A DNA stretch of 64,000 nt. It comes from Octopus vulgaris (lineage: Eukaryota). Position 1 is the stretch's first letter, and the number at the start of each line of letters is the position of its first letter. The notes beneath the pieces were generated by a model, which saw nothing but the letters and a program-made list of their open reading frames with translations, was not told where the DNA came from and searched no databases. A program made the position numbers and the translations under genes. Location: positions 46,500,001 through 46,564,000 of the forward strand of contig OX597827.1 in NCBI GenBank assembly GCA_951406725.2, written 5' to 3'. Shown here piece by piece: positions 38,201-47,450 of this stretch.

Positions 38201-41200
38201 TATGGAACACAAATGGTGGGAGGTGTGTCACCTGCCAAAGCTGGCACCACACATCTAGGTTTACCTGTATTTGCTTCTGTCAAAGAGGTGAGTATAACGG
38301 ATTAAACTCAGTTTGATGTCTCTATTTTATTTATTGTGATGTAGACATGGAATTTATTTTATCCTCTCCTGCACGAGATGAGAGATGGAGAGAGAGATCC
38401 TTCCCAAGTCATATAGGCTCATAGGGCAAGTTTCCGTGGCACATATACTCCCCACTGGATGGAATGCCAGTCTGCTGCAGGGTTACTGATTTTTGCCAGC
38501 TGAGTGGACTGGAGTGACATGAAATAAAGTGTTTTGATCAAGAACATAATGTGTTGCTCTGTCCGGAAATCAAAACCATAATATAAGGATCATGACTCTA
38601 ACACCCTAACCACTAAGCCATGTGCCTCCTACACAAGGTATAAACATAAACTATACTTCTCTCAGTCTATATGGCTGACAGCAGAACCTTCATTTATGCC
38701 CAATAATGTCATTTCAAAAAATGCATAGCTGTGATGAGCGAGATGCAATGGCTTGATGATTAAGATATTTTGTTTTGTAATAATTTAATCACGAAAGGAG
38801 GTACAGGATACCTATGCACTTTATAGACCTTACCAAAGTAAGATTGGTATTATAGGTGCTCATTCTAAATACATGTAAATAGAGAGTGACTATTGCAATC
38901 TAACCTGCTCCTGGGTCAGATATGCAATTCTGTTGTGAAAGGTTTCAGTTTCTCGACCATTCTTCCCTTTCATGTTTTGAATGAATCCTTAATAAAATTA
39001 TAATATTTCTCCTCATTTGCATGATCTTTTGGACATAAGATTGTTTATTTTTAATTTTGCTTTCAGTAAAGTTTTTTGCTTGGAATCCAGTGAGAAACTT
39101 TACTTGTACCATGCACACATTCAGGAATAAAAAACCTGATAACAATGGGAGATCAGATTGAAAACAATCTCCTCTGTCCAAAGATTCTAATTTTAACGAC
39201 TTTTCTTCATTCTCTCTTTACTCCCTGTGACTTGCAGGCCGTAAACAAGACGGGAGCAAATGCTACTGTGATATTCGTACCGCCTCCAGCGGCAGCTAAA
39301 GCAATAGATGAAGCTATCGATGCAGAAATTCCTCTCGTTGTGTGCATTACTGAAGGAATTCCACAGCAGGACATGGTGAAGGTGAAGCACAAACTAGTCC
39401 GACAGAGCAAGACCAGGTTAATTGGTCCAAACTGTCCTGGAATTATCAAGGTAAGTGTTGAGCGAGTGCTGAAGGAAAGCACAGGTTCTGTGGTGCTTTC
39501 TTTGTTGCATAATTTTTTTTTTACTCCAGTTATTTAATGAGTTTTTATTATCACTGATGAGATATTAGGGTAGTGAGCTGGCAGAACCATCAGTGCGTCA
39601 AACAAAACTCTTTAAGATATTTCTTCCGGCTCTTTACATTCTAAGTTCAAATTATGCCGAGGTCAAATTTACCTTTCATCCTTTGGCGGGGGGGGGTCGA
39701 TAAAATAAGTACCAGTTAAGTACGGGAGGAAATCCATGTATCTGACTAGCTCCTTCCCCCAAAATTTCAGGCCTTGATCCTTTGGTTGAAAAAATTAGTA
39801 TTACTGATGAAATTTGAGAATGATGGATTGTTATTTTGTCTGACACTGTAACAAAATACCTTGTGCTATTTCTTCCAGCATTGTTTAAATTCTGCCAAGA
39901 TCAACTCCACCTTTGATCCCTTCAGGTTGATAAGAAATAAATTACAAGTCAAGTACTGAGGTTGATGTAATCAACTAACCCTAACTACCCCAGCTTTCAA
40001 AATTCCTGCCCTTGTGCCTAAATTTTATATTATTTCTGATGGAATAGCAGTGGAATGGTTGATGACAAATAGGAGGGAATTGGACTAAATGGTTTTGCTG
40101 TATTTAGTTACGTCCCTTTACGTCAAGAGTTTTGCTTTTCGTTCATCAAAAAAGGTCAATAGAATAAATATTAGTTGATGAAGATTTCCTGATTTTCTCC
40201 AAAATTGCATGGTCATGTGCCATAGATTTTGGTCAGTTACACACTGGGGTCGGTGTAATCGACTTAATCCCTTTATATGTCCTTGTTTGTCCCCTCTATG
40301 TTTAGCTCCTTGTGGGCAATATTCAAATTGATTAGATGTTCACTCCTATTATAGACATCAGCAAAGTGTACAAGAGAAACAATTATAGTGATGTACATAG
40401 ATGATATAACTGAAGCTAAATGCTGAGTGAAATGATGTCTTAGTGAACTTCATTGAAGAAATAATGAGGTCAAATTTAAGGGTTCAGCTAGACCTCATAA
40501 AAAAAATTGTTGAAAGACTGCAGTTAGCTGTAAAATAGAACTGATGCCCATGGCAGCATAAAAATGCAAATTTCAAAGCAATTGTGTTTGTCCCTAATGT
40601 TGTTATCATCATGATCATCATTAAGGGGATGAATTGGCAGAATTGTTACTGAAGTAATAAATGCCTTTTTATATATGTTCCAGTGTAGTTCTTTACCCTC
40701 TGAGATCAAATTCTGCCATGGTCAACTTTACCCTTCATCCTTTTGGAGCCAATAAAGTACCAGTCATGTACTAGGGTCGATATAATCAACTTGTCCCTCC
40801 ACTCAAAATTTTATGTAGTTTGTTACCCGTGTTTGTTACATTTCTTCTGTTTCTTTACATTCTGAGTTCAAATCCTACTGACATCTACTATGCTTTTCAT
40901 CTCTTTGGGGTTGTTAAAATAAAGTACCAGTCAAGGACTGAACTCAGTGTAATTGACCTCCTCCCCTTAAATTCACTATTCTTGTGTCAAAACATTAAAT
41001 CATTATTTATTTATTATTTATTTATTTGAAAGCCTGGAGAATGTAAAATTGGTATTATGCCAGGACATATTCACCAACAAGGTAACATTGGTAAGTATAT
41101 TGCCCTTAACTATATTATATAATTTAAATTGGTGTACATTTAAGCTACACTAGGTGTTTGCACTTCAAATTTGAAGAACAGTGTAATGTTGCAGCAATAC

Positions 41201-44200
41201 TATGACCATTTTTCTTTTTATTGCATCATGCATCAAAAGTGGCATGAATAGTTACAGCATCATTATATTAATGTAGATAGACATCTTGGTAAAAAAATAC
41301 TCTTGTGACAACATGTATTGTGCCAAGTGATATTTGGATGGCAGTGGTTATTTTTAGCACCAGCTCAGCCCTGATCAAACACACTTAAAAATATACTTCA
41401 GACATAGTATTTCATTTGTTTTTGTTTTGTTCATTTGTTTTTTCTCAACAATAATATTTCAAGGAATAATTTTACTTGTTTTGCTTTCTGTGATTAAAGT
41501 GGCCCACAATATAATTCGAGTTGGCCAGGCCTGGTCTAAGGAATATCATCTGTAATAGAGACTAGCATCCTATCCAAGAAAAATATTTCTCTGTTTCATG
41601 CCATGGAATTGGTGCTAAACACTGGCCCTCAAAGGCTTTTGGGTGTTTTAGAGATATTTACATTTTGCATATTAGCTTTTGTTATTGTTAATTACTTGCA
41701 GGTATGATAAATAGTCAGATTTCCTAATGAATAGGTTGAGAAAAACTGATCAACGAATTCAGCATTCCCATCTAATTTTCTGTATGTTTCTATTTCTTTA
41801 TTTTTTCCTCCTTTATGAAACACTGTTACTATCAAGGAATCGTTTCACGTTCCGGCACTCTAACATACGAAGCTGTGCATCAGACAACTGCTGTAGGCCT
41901 TGGACAGACATTGTGTGTTGGTATTGGAGGGGATCCTTTCAACGGAACAGATTTCATTGATTGTTTGGAAGTCTTCATCCAAGACCCTAAAACAAAAGGT
42001 AAAAATTATTTTGTAAATGTTTCTGTTCTAACGGTAACAGAAACACCAGACTCTATACCCTTGCAGCATTTCATTCATCATCATCATCATCATCATCGTT
42101 TAACATCCACCTTCCATACTGGCATGGGTGATGCATTTATTTATTTTCAAAGATCAGGTCTTGCCACATTTAATCTATAAATGTATGGGAGTACTAAACG
42201 ACTACCAGAAATCTACATTATTTACATTTGATGGATATTTGTCCTCATCTTGTTTGTTGTTAACACAATGTTTTGGCTGATATACCCTCCAGCCTTCATC
42301 GGGTGTCTTAGGAAACTTTCGAACCTGGGTTCTCATTCCTAAGGTATTTTTTGATATTATTATTATTATGCCATGGGCATATGGCGTAGTGGTTAAGAGC
42401 GCAGGCTACTAACCCCAAGATTCCGAGTTCAATTCCAGGTAGTGACCTGAATAATAATAATGATAATAATAATAATAACAACAACATCTCCAGCTTACCA
42501 CCTCCACTCAAACTGTCCAACCCATACCAGATTGGAAAACCGACATTAAAGAATGATGATGATGATGGAAGGGAATAGAATGAGTGCTCAAACTCAGTAC
42601 CCAGTGCAAACATTGAGCGCATAAAACTTGCTCTAAGATTTCTGGGAAACTGAGAAAACATAGATTAAAAAGTACTCGATCTAAAGGAACCAGTATCTTA
42701 TGGCTTTTGAAGTTAAAGTCTATAGTTTTTGTTACCTATATACCCTAATTAGTATTGGAAAAGAAGTAGGAGTTTGGAGGTCAAATATCTACAGCAAGAA
42801 AGTTATAGAAGTTCAGGAAGCTGTTACAAGAACTGCAGAGTGAACTATTGCAATACTGATAGAGAAATGTCTGGCAAGATCTGCTGGGATTTGATCTGAG
42901 AATGTTGTGCGGTGGTTTTGAGATTAGATGACAAAGGATAGAAGTGAATGAGAGATATGTGGTACAACTGATGACTTTTTCCAAACCGAGGGATTGGTAG
43001 TATTTCGTCTCTTCTGTAAATTTAGTCTGAGTATAAATGGCTGTATGCATGATGTTTTTGCAGGGCCCTGAAGATCGGTGAGAGAAGGGATGAAGAAACT
43101 ACTTATACATCTTTTGTAAAAATTTGTCTTATAATGCATTTAAGAAATCATTGTGTAAATGTACTTCATTCATTTGTTGGGTTTTGTTTAATCAATTTCA
43201 GGAATTGTTCTGATTGGTGAGATTGGTGGCCAGGCTGAGGAAAATGCTGCTGAATATTTAAAGGAGCACAATAAGGTGAGCCTGTTTATATTGTAAATGT
43301 ATTTCTTTTACAATAGACACTTTCTTGTTAAGTAAAGTGATTGCTTAGTTAATAAGGTACCAGGAAATAACCATCCAAAAGGTTGACTGTTTATATCTTA
43401 CCAGTGTTGTTTGATGTAGCTAAGAAAATCAACATTCAAATGATTCTGTTTTGAGATCACCTAAACAAAATAGATGGCTGGGTTAACGAGGTACCAGAAA
43501 ATCTCCATCTGACCAAAAGATCAGCAGTTTTATATCTTAACATTATGTTTGAACTAGCCAAAATCATTAACATTTGCTTGACACTCTATTTTGAGTCCAC
43601 CTAGCTGTAAGTAAGCCTTACAGAGTAGGAACAATTGTTACTTTGGCTTGTTGTACTGAATTAATTTCTCTACAGGCATGGCTGTGTTCTCTACTTCTGC
43701 TCTTTTACAGACAGTGTGCCAGTAAGTGGTGCAATGTTTAGTAAGTCTGCTTGATACAGACTTTGTTGTTGAGGATTGTATTGTTATGGTTTTCTTGCTA
43801 GTGGCAATGGTTGTGATGGACTTTGCTGTTGGTGGCAACAGTTGTTATGGTCCCTGTTGCTGGTGGCAGCAGTTGTTATGGTTGCTGGTAGCAACGGTTG
43901 TTATGGTCCCTGTTGCTAGTGACAACAGTTACAGATATTGTTGCCAATGACAATGGTTGTAACAGTCTCTGTTGCTGGTAGCAACACTGTTAAAAGTTTG
44001 TTGCTAATGATAATAGTTGTTTCCAACTCTGCAAGATGCCACAGTGTATCTAACTGATATTACAGCTGCCACCGTACATCTATGTATATTTATGATTGTT
44101 CTCTTGTTTTTTAGGGTCCCAATGCAAAGCCTGTTGTGTCTTTTATTGCTGGCTTGACTGCTCCGCCTGGTCGACGTATGGGCCACGCTGGTGCCATCAT

Positions 44201-45861
44201 TGCTGGCGGTAAGGGAGGTGCTAATGAGAAAATAGAAGCTTTACGGGAAGCTGGTGTTCATGTGACCGATTCTCCTGCTCAGATGGGTTCCACTATGGTT
44301 AAGGTAAGTGCAAAGTAGCATAACCATCACTATATTTTATCCTATTTTTTTTAACCCTTTGATGTTAACTGTAATGCTTATTTGTTTACATTATTTTGAA
44401 CTATTCAAGTTCAAGAGGGGTGACCGTAATATTTACTTGGAACACATATTTATATACACAACAGGCCTCTTTGTTTTTGCCTATAAGATCCACTCGCAGG
44501 GCTCTGGTCGGCCTGAGGCTATAGTATGACACTTGCCCAAGGTGCCATACAGTAGGACCAAACCCAGAACCGTATTGTTGGAAAGCAATCTTCTTACAAC
44601 ACAGCCACACCTAAACATTTTGCAATACTTTCCCTTTATACTCTTCAAGTTTCTGTTGTGGAACTTTTTTTTTTCCTTTTCTCCACATCATCATCATCAT
44701 TTAACGTCCGCTTGAACGATGATAATGATGAGGTGGAGAAAAGGAAAAAGAAAAATGTTCCGTAACATTTCTACTAGGAGTAGAAGTGGCTGTGTGGTAA
44801 GTACCTTGCTTACCAAACACGCAGTTCTGGGTTCAGTCCCACTGCATGGCACCTTGGGCAAGTGTCTTCTACTCTAGCCCCAAGCCGACCAAAGCCTTGT
44901 GAGTGGATTTGGTAGACGGAAACTAAAAGAAGCCCGTTGTGTATATATATATTTGTGTGTGTGTCTGTGTTTACGTCCCTGTAACTTAGCGGTTCAGCAA
45001 AAGAGACTAATAGAATAAGTACTAGGCTTACAAAGAATAAATCCTGGGGTCAATTCACTCGACTAAAAGCGGTGCTCCAGCATGGCAAGAGTCAAATGAC
45101 TGAAACAAGTAAAAGAGTAAAAGAACAGAAATTTGAAGATTATAAAAGGATGTAACAAAGTATTGAAAATTTTTTAGGTTTGGCTGTGTGCTAAGAAGAT
45201 TGCTTCCTGACAATATGGTTCTATTTAATGAAATATATACTTGTGAACTATTTGAAATCCAAATTAACACACACATAATGAGACCTAATGTTCGAAGCAC
45301 AACCTTCGAACATTAGGTCTCACCGAGGCAATGACTAGTGACCAAGACCATTGGAAGTATGCTGTGCGTGAGAAGACCCCGCAGGACAAGTGAGGCTATA
45401 ACCTGTGGACTCTACCTGGGATATGTAGCCAGCCAACTTATGCATACCTTTCCTTCTTGGGACACAAAACTCTGCTTGCGAAAACCTGTTGAGGCAAGTG
45501 AATCGGTATCGCTCAAAATCAATGGAAATTGTAGTTGTGATACCAGTGCCAGTGGCACGTAAAAGAACCATCCGAACATGGCCGTTGCCAGCCTCGCCTG
45601 CCATCGTGCCGGTGGCATGTAAAAAGCACCCACGACACTCATGGAGTGGTTGGCGTTAGGAAGGGCATCCAGCTGTAGAAACACTGCCAGATCAGACTGG
45701 GCCTGGTGCAGCCTCCTGGCTTCCCAGACCCCAGTCAAACCGTCAAACCCATGCCAGCATGGTAAGCGGACATTAAACGATGATGATGATATATATAATT
45801 TATTTTCTTTAGTAATCTTTTCTTTGTATATTTATTGCAGGCCATGCAAATGCGTTCTTGA
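18788..45861 (+). CDS. SUCLG1: Succinate--CoA ligase [ADP/GDP-forming] subunit alpha, mitochondrial; join(18788..18821,35442..35566,38171..38287,39238..39450,41033..41090,41837..41998,43202..43275,44115..44303,45841..45861), 330 aa
   Basis: All introns are GT..AG and the phases are compatible (34+125+117+213+58+162+74+189+21=993 nt). The translation has the SCS-alpha motifs [59 protein letters not shown] and the phospho-His loop [11 protein letters not shown]. Confidence 0.96.
23321..23633. mobile_element. hAT-like MITE
   Basis: ca..ggtc.ccaacc ... accgctg ends, ggtccgtgg.aaaattgtc subterminal motif, imperfect 8-bp TSD gtctaggt/atttaggt. Confidence 0.6.
25426..25655. mobile_element. Second, older inverted copy of the PLE-like family seen at 1158..1469
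   Basis: Shares the gtttttggattt..caagattcttt terminus and ctggggagag..caccggtaaa arms in both orientations. Confidence 0.6.
28025..28424 (+). mobile_element. Non-autonomous Helitron
   Basis: A|TC start, subterminal hairpin cccgtgcaacgccggg, CTAG|T end, no TSD. Confidence 0.8.
29301..29659. mobile_element. Penelope-like (PLE) remnant with asymmetric inverted repeat and 14-bp TSD
   Basis: Arms 29358..29445 and 29573..29660; TSD TCATAAAAATATAA at 29287 and 29660; HHR motif in the spacer. Confidence 0.7.
29459..29503 (+). ncRNA. Minimal hammerhead motif in the loop of an inverted Penelope-like insertion
   Basis: TCTGTA-CTGATGA-agagaaataaccca-GAAA-CTGCG-GTA-TGCAGA; stem I of 6 bp, stem II decayed. 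Confidence 0.6.
30169..30551 (+). mobile_element. Dimeric SINE family A with 14-bp TSD, inside a piggyBac-like MITE
   Basis: TSD AGAATATTTTGGCC at 30155 and 30552. Confidence 0.8.
32405..32818 (+). mobile_element. MITE with GGATCTTTT.GGTTTGAACGGCAG TIRs, 8-bp TSD and internal telomere-like tract
   Basis: TSD TAAACTTC on both sides; other copies at 5458..5880 (opposite orientation) and 27515..27718 (partial). Confidence 0.82.
33234..33416. mobile_element. piggyBac-type MITE
   Basis: TTAA|CCC...GGG|TTAA; related copy at about 30711..30928; other TTAA-bounded elements at 49483..49709 and about 29979..30597. Confidence 0.65.
35442..35566 (+). CDS. SUCLG1: SUCLG1 exon 2 ([42 protein letters not shown])
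   Basis: Acceptor tttgtttcag, donor CAG|gtaata; start of the CoA-binding domain. Confidence 0.93.
36711..36900 (+). mobile_element. 5'-truncated tRNA-headed SINE with (AAT)n linker and HHR-bearing tail
   Basis: End of the tRNA-like head (gattccaagcagtgac), then (AAT)n, then gacac-CTGATGA(36814)-aagctagagggtatatcagcc-GAAA(36842). Confidence 0.65.
37260..37685. mobile_element. TIR element with TGT..ACA ends in SUCLG1 intron 2
   Basis: Imperfect TIRs of about 60-100 bp (agaattactt..catagcagcaca.tggtgctgcattcctc); flanks GAGT/GTGT. Confidence 0.55.
38171..38287 (+). CDS. SUCLG1: SUCLG1 exon 3 ([39 protein letters not shown])
   Basis: Acceptor cttttacag, donor GAG|gtgagt; not in the ORF track. 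Confidence 0.96.
38395..38630 (-). mobile_element. tRNA-derived SINE, third family
   Basis: Minus strand has the head GGAGGCACATGGCTTAGTGGTTAGGG, a CORE-like segment and aaccctgc..gactggc.t.ccatccag; related copy at about 58135..58380 (+). Confidence 0.6.
39238..39450 (+). CDS. SUCLG1: SUCLG1 exon 4 (AVNKTGA...[11 protein letters not shown]...[10 protein letters not shown])
   Basis: Acceptor cttgcag, donor AAG|gtaagt; lies within ORF 39145..39537. Confidence 0.97.
41033..41090 (+). CDS. SUCLG1: SUCLG1 exon 5 ([19 protein letters not shown]+1 nt)
   Basis: Acceptor ttgaaag, donor G|gtaagt; conserved CKIGIMP. Confidence 0.95.
41837..41998 (+). CDS. SUCLG1: SUCLG1 exon 6 ([12 protein letters not shown]...[26 protein letters not shown])
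   Basis: Acceptor tatcaag, donor G|gtaaaa. Confidence 0.95.
42214..42488. mobile_element. Same SINE family in inverted arrangement: HHR tail on - strand (42214..42369), tRNA-like head on + strand (42375..42447)
   Basis: A box TGGCGTAGTGG 42382, B box GAGTTCAATTCC 42425. The tail is the reverse complement of about 36760..36900. Confidence 0.7.
43202..43275 (+). CDS. SUCLG1: SUCLG1 exon 7 ([25 protein letters not shown])
   Basis: Acceptor aatttcag, donor AAG|gtgagc. Confidence 0.96.
43781..44020. repeat. Degenerate minisatellite, about 8 units of about 31 bp, in SUCLG1 intron 7
   Basis: Unit tgttatggtccctgttgctggtggcaacagt. Confidence 0.8.
44115..44303 (+). CDS. SUCLG1: SUCLG1 exon 8 with the catalytic phospho-His ([27 protein letters not shown]...GSTMVK)
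   Basis: Acceptor gttttttag, donor AAG|gtaagt. Confidence 0.97.
45279..45790 (+). mobile_element. RTE LINE 3' end (ORF C-terminus, 3' UTR, (GAT)n tail) with a short 5' inversion
   Basis: 45304 onward reads [29 protein letters not shown]; ends ccatgccagcatgg..ttaaacgatgatgat. Confidence 0.75.
45841..45861 (+). CDS. SUCLG1: SUCLG1 exon 9 coding part (AMQMRS*)
   Basis: Strong acceptor tctttgtatatttattgcag in phase 0, followed by a short C-terminal tail as expected. Confidence 0.75.
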   Translation, partial: AMQMRS

Positions 45862-46154
45862 AATACCAGATACATGCCATCTTTTGCTGCCATTTGAATC
45901 ATGTGCTGTCTCTGTTGATGGGAGTGTGTATTTCCAGCAGTGGTTAGCAGCTATCAGTGATCCAGCAAATTAAAATTTCTTTTTTCCTATCCATCCTATC
46001 GTGGATCAGTGTTTTTCGTTTTGTTTTTTTTAAATACAAAATATTGATGATGATGATGATGGTGCTTTTTCTTTTTTTTTTGTTTGTTTAATTTAAACAA
46101 TGTGTTTTTTGTTTGTCCAATGATCACAATGAAGCTAAGGAGAGAATAACTAAC

Positions 46155-46199
<45 letters not shown>

Positions 46200-46778
46200 C
46201 ATATATATATGTATATACACCCACACAAAAAAAATAATGTTCAAAGTATTATTGCTGTCGATTTAATTTAAGCCAATATTAATTTAGTAAAAGAAGGCAG
46301 CAAGCTGGCAAACTGGTTAGCGTGTTGAACAAAATACTTTGCGGGATTTTGTCTGTCTTCACATTCTGAGTTCAAATTCTTCTGAGGTCGACTTTGCCTT
46401 TCATCCTTTCAGGATTGATAAAATAAGTACCAGTTAAGCTTTGAGGGTCGATGTAATCAGCTTACCCACTTCCCCTGAAGTTGCTGGCCTTTTTTCCGAA
46501 ATTTGAAACCAATATTAGTTTAGTAAAAGACTAACCTGCTTTGTACTGAACATAAATTTGGGTGATTGGATTGGAGAGAGAAGAGAGAGGGAGCAGGAAG
46601 AAACTTAAGCCATACAACCATAAACTTTTAAGATTCGTTATGAAAGCCTCGTGTAACAGAGACAATCAGAACCTAAAACGTCAGGTTAATAATAATCAAC
46701 TGTTGTTGATTGGAAAATGTGCAGGAAGAAACATCATTTATTTCATTGGCCATTTATTGTTTGAAGGGAAAAGCAATC

Positions 46779-46784
46779 AATAAA
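46779..46784 (+). terminator. Candidate SUCLG1 poly(A) signal
   Basis: AATAAA followed about 30 nt later by a GT-rich tract (tgtgttgtgtgtctgtgtgttgg). An alternative ATTAAA lies at 45969. Confidence 0.5.
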
Positions 46785-47418
46785 AAATGTATTGATGATG
46801 CTTAATAGGATATTTATGTGTTGTGTGTCTGTGTGTTGGCTTATTGTCACAACCAGAACTTGGAATCATTTGTTTCTTTCTGTTTCTCTTTCAGTACTGA
46901 CTCACATTCAAGTTGCCAGTCAATATAGAAAGATCAAGGCTGTAGTAAATTGGCAGAACTATTAGACTGGTGAATACAACACCTTGCTGTGTTTTAATTC
47001 CAGCTCTTTATGCTCTGGGTTCAAATCCTGCCATGGTCAATTTTACCTTTCATTCTTTCACTGTCTATTTAAGTACATGTCGAGTACTGCAGCCAGTTCT
47101 CTCTCTCCTCTCTCTGAATTGTACCTGTAATTCAAAAGATCCAGGCTTATCATATTATGTCACACCTGTGCCAGTGTAACAGTTATGTTGAGTATATTTG
47201 TGTCGGAGGTGTACTTACCTGCTTATGCTTTCATTCATTTCATGTGTAGGAATTCTGTTGGGCAAAATAATTAAACGCTCGTCATTAACACTAATGAAGA
47301 AACCACCACCACGTAATAAAGATCTCTTTTTTTTTTTTTTTTAATTTTCTTTTCCCACTTGAGTAACTGGAGTAGCAACTCGAAACAGTCACTAAATCCT
47401 TTTATATATATTTCTATC

Positions 47419-47450
<32 letters not shown>

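Noticed and set aside
38730-38765. Box C-like GTGATGA in intron 3 (snoRNA?)
   Set aside because: No box D or terminal stem at a suitable distance
42375-42447. tRNA gene (anticodon loop CT-ACT-AA)
   Set aside because: Acceptor and anticodon stems pair poorly and there is no T-run terminator; it is a SINE head
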